The notes: generated by a model not told the origin, from the letters alone. Numbered from the stretch's first letter, positions 51,852 through 63,154 are shown. The stretch is DNA of 64,000 nt from Diplonema japonicum (GCA_964019335.1 OZ025676.1:62001-126000); one strand, 5' to 3'. A program made the numbers and translations.

Positions 51852-52036
51852 ATTTAGTGAAAATAAGATCGTATGATTTTCACGCGTGGTGGCAGTGGTT
51901 TAACGAGTGGGTATATGACTTCACGAGCGAAGCGAGTGCAGTCATGAATGTCTACTTCACGAGCGAAGCGAGTGAAGTAACATCAACGAGTTAAACATGC
52001 CACCACAAGTGAAAATCGGATCTATTTTCACTAAAT
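51852..52036. mobile_element. 185-bp palindromic MITE-like element with two internal cacgagcgaagcgagtg hairpins
   Basis: atttagtgaaaataagatc...gtggtggca...tttaac / gttaaa...tgccaccac...gatctattttcactaaat. Confidence 0.7.
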
Positions 52037-52328
52037 CCGTTGTTTTATTTAACGTCAGTCAGATTTGAAAGGGTAGGGTATTACAGGTTACAAGTTACAA
52101 GTTAAAATTTTACTGGGGGTGCTTATGGTTGATATTGATTGTCAAGGCATATCCTATGTGGTGCGGGCTGTGCGTCCATGAGTGCTGACAGGACCTCGGT
52201 CTGGACCTGTGAGGCTGCTGCCTGGGTTGCTGAGGTTGCCCCACTAGCAGCTGTCACCGCTGCTGGCTTGCCAAGCCCCCTCTCTCCCCTTCTGTTGAGA
52301 GAGGCGACCAGATCCTTGAGTGACGTAA

Positions 52329-52404
52329 AAAGTGAGATTCCCAGATTCGAACCGGGGTTTCCAAAACAAGAGGCCTGTGTGGTAACCACTTAGGTGACTT
52401 CTTT
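52329..52404 (-). pseudogene. Degenerate tRNA-like sequence (tRNA pseudogene or SINE head)
   Basis: A-box-like TAAGTGGTTA, T-arm CCCGG-TTCGAAT-CTGGG, followed by TTTTT; acceptor and anticodon stems do not pair well. Confidence 0.45.
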
Positions 52405-52454
52405 TCCGTGTTTGCGCCCCCAACCCCTTGCTGTGCAGTGAAAATAGGGCAAGC

Positions 52455-52480
52455 GTGAATATAAAGTACTTTATATTCAC
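52455..52480. repeat. Perfect 26-bp palindrome
   Basis: gtgaatataaagtactttatattcac. Confidence 0.9.
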
Positions 52481-52616
52481 TCATAAAGTAATTTTCATTT
52501 CTGCCCCTGTTTTCTTCCTAAAACAAGCCTGAAATCTGCAATGAAAAAAAAGTGAAGCGTGAAATAATGTGAAATATTATATTCACTCCCACCCTTGAAA
52601 ATCTGACTGGAGTTAC

Positions 52617-54192
52617 TGTAAAACGAATAATGTCGGACGGAAAAATTCTCGGACAGAAAAACTCCCGGACACCAAAAAAACCCGGACATTTTTCCGTCCG
52701 GGAGTTTTTCTGGGAAGAAGTTTTTTTACTTAAGGGGGGTAGCAGCTCCCACCACGTTTGCCTGGAAGGGCTTTATTCCTTGTGCAGAGCCAAAATGTCA
52801 CCCTGCGTGGCAGTTTGAATTTTTCTTCCCCTTTCAATGCACCAACAAACAGCACCCACGGGATCTTTAACTTCTCATAAACCCGTACTTCTTTCGTCAG
52901 ATTGACCAGTTCGACTACCCAAGGCACGTTGAGCAGCTGGCTTATGAGGCCCAACTTTGGTGCTGACACCCCCGGCCAGCTCACTCCCGAGATAAACTCC
53001 TTACACCGGGCCAGTACAAACCCCCGAAAGCAGCTTGGCGGCCTCTGCCTCGGTCAGAAGACGGCAGCAACAGGTTCAACAGAGCCCCCGGTTTCTTCCA
53101 GACGGAAATACTGGACGTTGCTATTCCACCCTACCACACCTGGCCGCCGCGACGCCGTGATAGCTGCGTATCGCCCAATACGGGATTTAGCATCCTTCGG
53201 GGGCTGAAAGGTTTTTGCTTGAGTCGATAGGTAAACGGGCTTGGTGAGCCTATCCCAGCACAACAAATATGCACCTATGCAGAAGGGCTGCTGTGCGCCA
53301 ATCCAGCCCGAAAGACAGACCTGGTAGACTTTGGTGGGGCACTGTCCTTTTCCACTGGCTAGGCTGACAAAATTTTGCAGCAAGAAAGACAAAAGCCGCA
53401 AGCCACCTCCGGAAAGCCCGGAAACGAGAAGGACAACGAGAAGGCACGCTGTTTCACCATGGAATTCAGGTCCATAATCGACACCCATAAAGTAAGGCCG
53501 GAATTGGTCTAATACGGGGTTAAAAACCAAAACAAAAAGGGGTGCTAAGGTCGTAAAAGTCCGTGGCTTGGGGACATAACGGGCTATAACCGAACAGCTG
53601 GTTGTTTCCTTGGCTGGATGGTTAAATACAAAGGCAAAGCGGAAACGCAACCGGCAGGGATTATCCGTGCCCCGGTCAAGCACCCGCCCACCGAATGGAG
53701 CCTAACGGCATCGCCCAATCATTGGGCTAATTATGATACTCGGTATCTGGGTTACGGAGCTGTTTCTTCTTTTTTGCTATAAATCATCGATTCCCATGGT
53801 TTTGCCTATGGGTTCGTAGAGTTGTTCGCAGGCGCAAACGTGCACATTGCTTTTGTCCCCCTGGGCTCACCTACATGGTTCAACCGATGGATATTGGGTT
53901 GAACGCAGCTGTAAAGCATCTATTAAGAAAGGTAGTAGGCCACACGAAGGCTCGACAAGCTGATTGCCTCAGGGGCAGCAAGGGAGGACAAAGATGCAGA
54001 AAGGGAACCCTGGGGGTTTCTTCGCGCGGTTGCCGTTTGCAGCCCAGGCCAGTATGTAGGTGGTAGTGGACCAGGCCCCCTGACGGCCTTACCTAAAAAA
54101 AATTCCCGGACGGAAAAACTCCCGGACGGAAAAATTCCCGGACGCCAAAAAAACTCGGACATTTTTCCGTCCGGGAGTTTTTCGTTTTACAG
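52617..54192 (+). mobile_element. Decayed pogo/Tc2-like (DDE_1) DNA transposon
   Basis: TIR ctgtaaaacgaa...ttcgttttacag, TA at the left end, subterminal ccggacggaaaaa repeats; transposase relics NVHIAFVP/GLTYMVQPMDIGLNAAVKHLLRK and a CENP-B-HTH-like STG*LTKF, with frameshifts. Confidence 0.82.
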
Positions 54193-54208
54193 AAAAAAAA
54201 AAAAAAAA

Positions 54209-54691
54209 GAGACATTTAAGGGTACCTGCGGTATGTGGCAGGACGCCTGAAGAGTCTCAATCTATCTCTTGATCGAACCTTTCTGTTGTGGTGTGGCCTT
54301 CGGCCCCTCGTTCACCCTCCTCGGTACCTTAGGTATAAAACCCTCAACCGAGTTGGTAAGGACACAATAGTTGTACAGTTGTTTCTCAAGGATGTGGCGG
54401 GTCGCCGGGGAGGCGAATACCGGTCTAGAGGAGTAACCCAACGTGCGTAGGGAGTGGACACAGTCTGCCGAAGCAGCTGGAATGAGGGGCGCTATGCGCT
54501 TAGTGGTGTGGATGCGTTCTAGTGCCGCTATCACCCGGCCTATGACACGCGCGCTCTCCTGGATGTCCTCACCCTCTCCACAAGGCGAGAGTCCTTCTGT
54601 GGCAATAAAGTCTACGGCCAGCTCAAGCCTGGAGACCTGTCCACCTGTTGTGCCCCAGTGAAGGGCCGAGAGCATCGGATGACGTGCGGGA
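54209..54691 (-). mobile_element. 5'-truncated retroelement-like fragment (C-terminal ORF relic + 3' stem-loop + poly-T)
   Basis: LSALHW...VSRLELAVDF...VHSLRTLGYSSRPVFAS is homologous to 55672-56070; ends CCTGC-CACATACC-GCAGG...TTAAATGTCTC(T)n. Confidence 0.6.
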
Positions 54692-55466
54692 ACAAAAAAA
54701 AAAAGTTTACAAAAAAAAAAAAAACTTAACTTTGGAAACAGAAAGAACAAGAAAAGAGAGAGAGAGAGAAAAAAAAAAAAGAGACATTTAATAGCAATTT
54801 ACTACCAAGTCCTTCCTTGGCGATAGGTAAGTGGTTTTATTTCACGACTTCAGAAGATTGAAATAAAAAAATTTAAAAAATGCTCTTTTCAAACCAAGTG
54901 TCCCCCAAAGTACGTGGGTTACAGAAAAGCTTCTTGGAGTTATTATCTTAGTGAGTGGTTCCCTTCGATGTCCGTTTGGCACCGAATTCGACAATAATAC
55001 ACGTGTTGCCTCGCGTCTGGCAACCGCACAACCCCCCCAAAAAAATCTGTATGATTCAACTAATTTCACTATTAAATGTTATAATAATTGTCATTAACCC
55101 TTGAAGAACGGAGGACTGATATATCGTTTTGAAAAAAAAAAAAAAAGAATTTAATACAATGCTCACCGATAGTTGTTGTGTTTTCAAAATACCGGCTTCT
55201 GACTTTTGCGTGGACCAACAGCACCAAGCTAAGGGCACTGGCTAACAACGACAGAAAACAGCCCAGAATTGCGGGGGGGGGAATGGAAACGAAATGGAAC
55301 AGCCGATTGTTCAAAAAAAAAAAGAGTCGGTTTGATTGTTGTTTTGTGCACAGCCGGGGTTAACCTGTAGAAGGATAAACCCAACTGCTACCACTACTCT
55401 TGTTTTTTTTTTTTTAGCAATAACAATTCATTATCAATATCTTGTTTTTCTTGTTCAAGCAAAAAA

Positions 55467-55506
55467 AAATTCACTATGATAGGAACGAAGTGGTTAGCAA
55501 CGGCCC
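55467..55506 (-). repeat. 40-bp micro-repeat (family B), second copy
   Basis: Identical to 8728-8767. Confidence 0.9.
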
Positions 55507-55522
55507 GCATAAAATAAAAAAC

Positions 55523-56256
55523 TCGATAAAATTTCAGTGTGCATGGGGGTGCTCACTGTTCAGGAAGAAATGCACACTAATCGGTCACCGTTCTGCGGTT
55601 GCTGTCTGGTGCCTGCAGTGGCTGTTTGTCGCGATGAGATGGACGGTATCTGGGCTTGGAGTCGGGGCGGTTTAGCTCGAGAAGAGTGGTCTCCTGTTGT
55701 AGCCGTGTGCCGTCGGGCCCCCAAGATGTCGAAGGGTATGCACCCTTGATTTGGCGTTGGCGGGGAAGGCTGACCTTCCACAGCGTGCTGAGCATTTCTG
55801 GATGCGACCCAAGATGTATTGCATCCTTGCGGCCTTCTCCGTGAGCAGGTCTTGATCGTCGAGGGGACCTATGAGCGACCGGCGGGTGGTCTGCTCATAG
55901 TCTATGGCGAGTTCCATTGTCGTGACGGAAGTTTTCTTCTTACCATCGTACCATCGTAGGCCTCTTAGCCACTTGAGGACGTTCTTCAAATGAAAGGTCA
56001 GGACCGTGCCTGACGCCCCGTTCGCCTTCAGCAACGCTTCCGTCGGAACATCATGTTGCCTCCCTGCCAAGGGTTGGAGGTGAGCACTCTCTTGCTTTTT
56101 TCCGCTGCTCTGGCGTCACGGACCGTCACTACTTTCAGGAGGTATAGTTGCACCATCCTGGCACGTTCTTTCCCTGCTTTGTCGGCCCCTCTTGGACTAT
56201 CCCGTGGAGGGCTGTGGCAGCCGGGAGGCCTTCTCGCTTCACCTCTGCGTATTGCT
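55523..56256 (-). mobile_element. 5'-truncated retroelement-like fragment, second subfamily
   Basis: WLRGLRW...VTTMELAIDYE...VHTLRHLG...YNRRPLFSS; 3' hairpin gtgtgca...tgcacac, also found alone at 63155-63211. Confidence 0.6.
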
Positions 56257-56728
56257 CGAAAAAAAAACGACTCCGGCTCCCCCCCCCCCCCCCCCCCCCC
56301 GCATAAAGCTCGCTTAAATTTTAACAAATCGCCTATTCCCCCCCCCCCCCCCCCTTTTTTTCGGTCTATCCCCGTCCTTTAAGGGGTTAACGGAAAAAAA
56401 AAACTCAAATTAACACGCAAGCTCCCAGAGACGAAAAGCTGCATGCCCTAAAAAGGGGGGTCAGTACTAGGTATCTCTCAGTTTCGGTCAAATCTCGCCG
56501 ACTCTTCCAGGTGCTGACCCCGGGCGAGAGGCACCCTTCAATGGCTGTGGTCCGGAAAGTAAAAAGTAGAGGCAAAAGACAAAAAAAGTTGTCTCGATTT
56601 TAGTGGTGCCATGCAGTATGTGACACAGCGGCCACCCTTGTGAAACTTCGCCCCGAAGCCTCCCAAGTCCCCTGTGGTGGAGAGGTAAGAAAGCTTGGAA
56701 ATTGAAATAGGGAGAGGGGCCACAGAAG

Positions 56729-57015
56729 CAATTAAACACCAACTGGAGAGTTGTGGGAGGCTTGCTTCACTGGCACGATGCCGCGGGGAGGCTACTTGCC
56801 TGACCTGGTGAAGCCACCTCCTTGTTCGATGTAATGGGATAAGGGACTCTCCGTTGAGGGCGTGCTAACTGGCGCCACGCGTAGGGTGGGCTCTCCACCC
56901 CCGTCCAGGTTTCCCCACGTGTACGGCTTTAGAACGAGAGTTTCCCTTTCGCTTGTGTTTCTCCAAACCACAATTACCAGGAACCACCACAGGGAGGTTG
57001 GAAACATTGGTCCCC
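56729..57015. mobile_element. Dispersed SINE-like repeat, longer copy
   Basis: Shares both ends with 50014-50224. Confidence 0.75.
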
Positions 57016-57141
57016 AAAAAAACAAAACAAAAAAAAAAAACAAAAAAAGAGACATTTAAGTTAAAGGAAGTTTTCTTTTTAATGAGACACCCCCTTGTTC
57101 TCATCCACTACCTACCCCCCCCAAAAAAAATACAGCACACA

Positions 57142-58038
57142 CTATCTCATTTTTGTACGAGCGTAGTTGTGCTGCACCAAAAGCCACTCATGTGAGAGTG
57201 CCTGCCTGGTTGTGAGACGCTCCGCAGGATCGACCACAAGAAGCTGCTTAATGAAACTGCGGGCAAGTTCGGACACTCCATCCCAGTAGGGCGAAGGGAA
57301 GGAGAACTCACCCGACGCAATCGAATCGTACAGCGCCCGGGTGTTCTCATCCTCAAAGGGACAAAACCCACACAGTAGCACATAAGCTATGACACCAATA
57401 GACCAGAGATCAACACTCTCAGTGTAGCCAGTGGCCCCTGTGAGCACTTCTGGAGCGACGTAATTCGGTGAACCACAGGTAGTGTGGGAAAGTGCGCCAT
57501 TGAGCCAAATCTTTGCGAGACCAAAATCTGTTATTTTAACAATTGGTCCCTTGTCTGTTCCGTCATCAGCTGCTACGAGGATATTCTCGGGTTTTAAGTC
57601 CCTGTGGATAACTGCCTTACCGTGGAGGTACTGAATGGCTTTTATAAGCTGGGTGATGATGCTGGCGGCCTCGCGCTCACTGTACCCAGTAGGATGTCTT
57701 TCGCAGATGTCGTCGAAAAGTTCCCCGCCGGAGATTAACTCCATGACGAGGTACACTTTCAAATCGTCTTCATATACCTCCTTCAGCTCCACGATGTTGT
57801 TGTGCTTGATATTCATCAGGATCTTGACCTCAGTCTGCAGGGCGCAGTTGTCCATCTCCTTCTTGTCGAGGATCTTGATGGCAACCTCGTCGAGCGTCTT
57901 CTTGTTCCTCCCGAGCCTTACCTTTGCGAAGGCACCTTCCCCTAACAGCGACAGGAACTCGTACTTCTGCATGATGTTCTCCTTGGCGTCCGACAGGATC
58001 CTTGGTTTCTTCTTCTTGAAACGCGATAATATTGTCAT
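57142..58038 (-). CDS. CAMK-group Ser/Thr protein kinase (CaMKI-like catalytic domain, little or no regulatory tail)
   Basis: [54 protein letters not shown]. Confidence 0.95.
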   Translation of the reverse strand: MTILSRFKKKKPRILSDAKENIMQKYEFLSLLGEGAFAKVRLGRNKKTLDEVAIKILDKKEMDNCALQTEVKILMNIKHNNIVELKEVYEDDLKVYLVMELISGGELFDDICERHPTGYSEREAASIITQLIKAIQYLHGKAVIHRDLKPENILVAADDGTDKGPIVKITDFGLAKIWLNGALSHTTCGSPNYVAPEVLTGATGYTESVDLWSIGVIAYVLLCGFCPFEDENTRALYDSIASGEFSFPSPYWDGVSELARSFIKQLLVVDPAERLTTRQALSHEWLLVQHNYARTKMR

Positions 58039-58240
58039 TTCTTCTTTCTTTTGTGTAAATATATATGCTGCTGGGAGGGGGTTCGAAGAAAGATGAAGAA
58101 AAAAAAGAGAGAAATGGAATCATGTGTGAAACAAAATTTTTCTTTCATCAGAGAGGAAGAAACACCGCCCCGCCCACGCACTTTATTTCGTTCGGTCTCG
58201 ACGGGGAGGGAAGGGAAGGGGAGGGAATAATAAAAAAAAA

Positions 58241-58284
58241 GATGTCTTTGAAGGGACCTTGCAGTATGTGACAGGATCGCCTAA
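58241..58284 (-). repeat. 44-bp stem-loop micro-repeat (family A), second copy
   Basis: 42/44 identical to 17939-17982. Confidence 0.85.
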
Positions 58285-58384
58285 GAAAAAAACAAAATCG
58301 TGGAAGAGGATTGCGACAAAAATCGAACAGGTTTCGAGCGTGCAAACAAAAAAATAAAAACAAAAAGATTTCTTTCTCCATAAC

Positions 58385-59239
58385 TTAAATCTTCCCATTC
58401 ATGAAGTCCTCAAGGATGGGCCACCAGTAGGGAGCAGGCCAGTCGTTGACACCGTCCATGAGAAGCCTGAAGATGTCAAGGCTCGTCACGCCAAGGGATG
58501 TCGCGTTGTGAATGAAGGAACGGGCGTTCGTAGCATTCCAGTAAGTGGTGTGGAAGGGTCCAAGCCCCACGCCTGCCTGTGCGGTGCTCCCTGTCGCGTC
58601 TTTGATGGTTGTGACGTAGGTCTTCAAGATCTGAAGCATGGTGGGCATCGGCTGCCCACCGTACGTCTCCATGTCCTGCAGGTACTGGATCCCAGACCCT
58701 GCAAGCACGCCGTACTTGTTCAGAGCACCCGACCACGACGCCACCCACACAGACAGCGTGAAGCCCTCTGCCACAAGGATGTCGTTCACAGCCTTCAGGA
58801 AGCCCGCGTATGCCTCGGCATCTGTGTCGGTGGGCTTCTGTGGTTCGTAGTCGAAGTTGAACCCAGCAAAACCGTACTTCTTCCCAATCGTAACAAGCTG
58901 CTTCCCGTACCCCGTGGGGTCCTTGTACATGGTGTGCATGGTCGTCCCGTTCACCATGTTCACGACGACAGGGATGATGGGGATGTTCAGTGGTTTGTAG
59001 ATGTCCAGCCACGTGTTGACGGCGGCCTCGTTGTCCCAGCCTGCAAGGGAGCCCGTCTCGGGCATGCCGGGTCTCCAAGCAAGTTGGAGCTGGCTGAAGA
59101 GGGGAAGGTGCTCCTTCACGGCAGCGGCGTTCACCTCGTTCTGAGTGGCGTTTGGCCCATCAATTGTGATGTACCAGTTGATGGTCCTGGAGCAACTCAC
59201 AACACCCACGAGGCACGACAGCAGGAGGGCGGTCTTCAT
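58385..59239 (-). CDS. Secreted GH18-like (chitinase/ENGase-fold) glycoside hydrolase, copy 1
   Basis: Signal peptide MKTALLLSCLVGVVSC; KYGFAGFNFDYEP (variant of DxxDxDxE); DMETY. Confidence 0.75.
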   Translation of the reverse strand: MKTALLLSCLVGVVSCSRTINWYITIDGPNATQNEVNAAAVKEHLPLFSQLQLAWRPGMPETGSLAGWDNEAAVNTWLDIYKPLNIPIIPVVVNMVNGTTMHTMYKDPTGYGKQLVTIGKKYGFAGFNFDYEPQKPTDTDAEAYAGFLKAVNDILVAEGFTLSVWVASWSGALNKYGVLAGSGIQYLQDMETYGGQPMPTMLQILKTYVTTIKDATGSTAQAGVGLGPFHTTYWNATNARSFIHNATSLGVTSLDIFRLLMDGVNDWPAPYWWPILEDFMNGKI

Positions 59240-59266
59240 CTTCCTAGGGATGAATATTCAAACGAT

Positions 59267-59301
<35 letters not shown>

Positions 59302-59562
59302 TAAATAGTAAAAGAAACAACAAAAAAACGTGATTTTTGTTCCTTCCCTAAGGGAGATGCCACGATGCCAAACGACAAAAGGGCACAGAAAAACATTTTA
59401 TTTTCTTGTGCCCGATTTCGAGAGTGGGGTAAGGAAAGAAGAGGAGAAAAGTAAAATAAAAAAAATAGAGATCAAAAATAGAAATTTAAAATCACTTTCT
59501 GTCTTTTTTTTTCTTCTTTTCCCTCGTTTTTCTTTGATTCCTTTTTTTTTTTTTTTGGTTAA

Positions 59563-61326
59563 CCCATAACACTCCAAGGCGCAAATATTTGTCGTTTTTT
59601 CTCTATGTACTTTTTAGTCCCCACGACCCCTGGATCTCCAAGAACGACTATAGTGAGGAGTTATTTTCAACTGCATTTCATGCTGCGCTGCATCACTTAA
59701 CCTTGTTATCCACCCACCAAGTGGGTCCCAAATCCGAGTAGATAGGCTAAAAACGCAAAATAACGGGTGTGCATACTGTGTCCAAATTGTTCCCAAAAAA
59801 CGCAAAAGTAAAGCCAAAACAGCTACGGACGAGGTCCAACCTTCATGGGTAAGGGAGTTGGTACCCATAGAGACCATAAAATAGGCCAGTGGGGAGAAAA
59901 AACGCTGTCCCGTGGTACGCAGAAACCTGACGACGCAAAATGGTTATTCCTTCGGTTTTTTTATAAGAAGCTCACAGACGTCATCCAAGAAGAGACAAAC
60001 AAGCAAAAGGACGCTGAGATTGATAAAATTTCGACCCAGGACTCCACCGCTTACTCGGATTGAGCATTGCGATGGGTTTACGGCGTGCCCAGAATCAGCA
60101 GTCATATTGGTCCACAGGACCCATGAAATCCCCCTTTTCAGTAACACGATGCCCAGGAGACGCTACTGGGAAATCAAAAGTGCCTCCACTTCACTAAGAA
60201 GAGTCAAACGGTGATGTGTTGTGAAGATACGAGGGTTTCTGGATAGAATTGGTGACAAGTGGGCAAAAGCAGCAGTGCCAGGAAAATATTTAAGCATTGA
60301 CGAGACACTCGTACCTTCACGGGGCAATTGGGGGGCTGCGGGTCTACTGTCCTCTCAAGCGTAAAAGATATGGCATAAAAATCTACTGCCTAAACTGCAC
60401 GAGCACGGGTTATCTTTTGCGTTTTCACATCCACGCCACCAAAATCGAGGGGCACGCACTTGAAGATTTCAGTGTTGTGGAAAAAGCGGTACTGGGGTTA
60501 ACGGAGCCTTTCCGGGGAAATGACAACACGGTAGTTTGCGATAGCTACTTTTCGACTGTGGGTCTGGCCGAAGCCCTGTGAAAAACTTTGAGGGCTTGCA
60601 TTTCGTTGGGGTGTTGCGGACTCTTCTGGTGGGCCCTAGAAGTGACAATAGTTAACTGCCATGCACTTCAAATAAAATATGGTTCAGGGATGCCAAAGAG
60701 ATACACAACCCTGGCTGCTTTTAAAGAGCGCTTTCGAGAGAGCCTAATTGATGGGTCCAGCGTTGCAAAAACACCACTCCCGGCACCCAACTAGTGGTGC
60801 CATACCCCAGATTACACCAAACGTGACCGCTAGCCACTCAAAGGGAGCACCTCCAGGGTCTGCAGGTTGAAAGGATACACAAAACGCACAATCTACAAAT
60901 GCTACCTGAAACCAACACCTCTGTCCAAATAAGTGCTTTTTTCGTACCACTCTTCCATCACCCAAAAAATGCCTCTTGACGATTTCGAGGCCGATATTCC
61001 ACCCGCAAATAGGCACTTCTCTCGGTCTGAGACATCTGAGGGGTCCTGATGCTGCCTTTTTTGTCCCAAGATGCTCAATTTACACCCCCCCCCCCCCCCC
61101 GTGCACAACCCATTTTGACATGGTCGTTTTTGAGCACCCTACGGCCATTCAACTCTTCATCCCCTTTGTATTCTTATTAATTTTTGAAACTTTTTTTTTA
61201 ATTTTCCTGGTCCAAAAAACCCGTTTTACCTGCAAACGGGGGTTAAATGCTGCCATTTCCCCCCTCAAATTATGAAAAGGAGCAAAAAAGGGACCCCTAT
61301 GTAGATAGGCCCCGGAGTGTTATGGG
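59563..61326 (+). mobile_element. Decayed piggyBac transposon
   Basis: Perfect 13-bp TIRs CCCATAACACTCC/GGAGTGTTATGGG flanked by TTAA on both sides; relics LSIDE, KRYGIKIYCL, VVCDSYFST and a C-terminal Cys/His-rich remnant (HLCPNKCFFSYH); frameshifts and stops. Confidence 0.92.
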
Positions 61327-61773
61327 TTAATAAAAAATTTAAACCTTCCCCTCCGTTCCCCCGTGCCGTGTGGTGGGTGTTTTTTCCTTGTAAAAAAGCG
61401 ACAGAAAATGCGAAACAAAAAGCTAATTCATTTTTTTTTCCCCATTCGAAGTTTAAAGGAAAAAAAAAAAAGAACGTTCTGACACAAAGCGCGTATATCA
61501 CATAAGTTTTCTTTCGAACAAAAATTCTCACTTTTTTTTTTACTCGTTTCTCGCTTGTTTTTTTTTTTTTTAAAAAAAACAAAAAAGCCGAGAAAAATAA
61601 AAAAGGGAAGTGACCGAAAGGAAGCGGAAGGTAGAGAACATGCAATAAAAAAAAAAACTTTTTTTTTTTTTTTTTTTTTTTTTTGCGCCGTCTTCGATAC
61701 CTAGGTAGTTCCAGTCGAGAGTCTGGATCGAGTTTTTTTTCTTCTTTTTTTTTTTTTTTCCTTCGTTTCTTTT

Positions 61774-62628
61774 TTAAATCTTCCCCGTGATGAAATCCCC
61801 GAGGACAGTGTACCAGAAGGGTGCAGGCCAGTTGTTGGATCCGTCCATCAGAAGCCTGAAGATATCGATGTTCGTCACACCCTTGCTAACAGCATGGGAA
61901 ATAAACTTCCTGGTGTTCTCCTCTGTCCAATACTCAGTGTGGTAAGGCCCCATCCCAACGCCTGCCTGGGCGGCGCTCCCTGTCGCATCTCGAATCTCCC
62001 GCACGTACTCATCAACATAGTCCCTCTCATCGACCATGGGCCACCCCCCGTATGTCGACATGTCCTGCAGGTACTGGATCCCGGACTCTGCAAGCACGCC
62101 GAATTTCTTCAATGCCTCTGACCACGACGCCACCCACACAGACAGCGTGAAGCCCTCTGCCACAAGGATGTCGTTCACAGTCTTCAAGAAGTCCGCGTAC
62201 GCCTTGGCATCATGGTCCCTTGGGTGTTGCGGTTCGTAGTCGAAGTTGAACCCAGCAAAACCGTACTTCTTCCCAATCGCAACAAGCTGCTTCCCGTACC
62301 CCGTGGGGTCCTTGTACATGGTGTGCATGGTCGTCCCGTTCACCATGTTCACGACCACCCCAACAATGGGCACACCGAGAGGCTTGTAGATGTTCAGCCA
62401 TTCATGAACGGCGGTCTCGTTGTCCCAACCTGCAAGGGAGCCTGTTTCGAGCATGCCGGGTCCCCAAGCAAGTTGGAGCTGGCTGAAGACCTGCTTATTT
62501 TGCTTGACGGCATCGGCGTTCCACTGGTTGACGGTGGCGTTGGACTCGATGGACACGTACCAGTTCACCGTTCGGTTCGTGCAGCTCACGAGGCCGACAA
62601 GACACGACAGCAGGAGGGCGGTCTTCAT
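61774..62628 (-). CDS. Secreted GH18-like glycoside hydrolase, copy 2
   Basis: 284-aa paralog of copy 1 with the same motifs. Confidence 0.75.
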   Translation of the reverse strand: MKTALLLSCLVGLVSCTNRTVNWYVSIESNATVNQWNADAVKQNKQVFSQLQLAWGPGMLETGSLAGWDNETAVHEWLNIYKPLGVPIVGVVVNMVNGTTMHTMYKDPTGYGKQLVAIGKKYGFAGFNFDYEPQHPRDHDAKAYADFLKTVNDILVAEGFTLSVWVASWSEALKKFGVLAESGIQYLQDMSTYGGWPMVDERDYVDEYVREIRDATGSAAQAGVGMGPYHTEYWTEENTRKFISHAVSKGVTNIDIFRLLMDGSNNWPAPFWYTVLGDFITGKI

Positions 62629-63154
62629 GGTGGCTGCATGAATTAGATATGAACCCATGAGAGGGGAGAAAAAAAAGCAGAAAGGAAGGTCACTGTTCAT
62701 AAATAAAATATCACCGTTCCAGCAAAGAAGAGAAAGAGAAGACGTTCCTTTTTTTTTTCCCCTTTTTTTTGGCGAAGAGAAAAAAAGAAAAAAAAAAGTG
62801 GCACAAAAGTAGCTTACAACATCACCGCAGCATATTTAGAACTTTTTTTTCTTGTCGACAAAAAAAAAGAAGAAACTCGATCTTTTAACATCAAGCCCCA
62901 CGACACAAGTCGAACGGTCGGCTCCAAGTGTACCATAAAGGGGTGGGGGTATTTGTTGTCAAACACATTGGAGTCTTCCAACCTGCTACCTTGTTTTGAA
63001 AGGGTCTGTTTGTGCCTGGGTGACAGTTGCTTGTCGTAAAGTTTCAAAATCTCTCCGCCAAGCATCACCCTGGCACAGGCTTCCCTGAAATAACTCGCTT
63101 AAGGGGCATAGAAAAAAAAAAAGAAGAAGAAAAACACGCACTGTGTGAATAAAT

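Larger units (their letters stand above)
55098..56386. mobile_element. Possible non-autonomous piggyBac-type element carrying nested insertions
   Basis: TTAA|CCCTTGAAGAACGG ... CCGTCCTTTAAGGGG|TTAA imperfect TIRs with TTAA on both sides. Confidence 0.5.

Noticed and set aside
53054-53683. 209-aa minus-strand ORF
   Set aside because: Lies antisense within the decayed pogo transposase; no motifs.
56795-56880. Possible HDV-like ribozyme (CCACCTCCT...GCTAA) in the dispersed repeat
   Set aside because: Could not build consistent P1/P3 pairings by hand.
57142-57177. Possible 36-nt terminal intron in the CaMK gene
   Set aside because: Atypical donor (GTGCAG) and an implausible low-complexity last exon.
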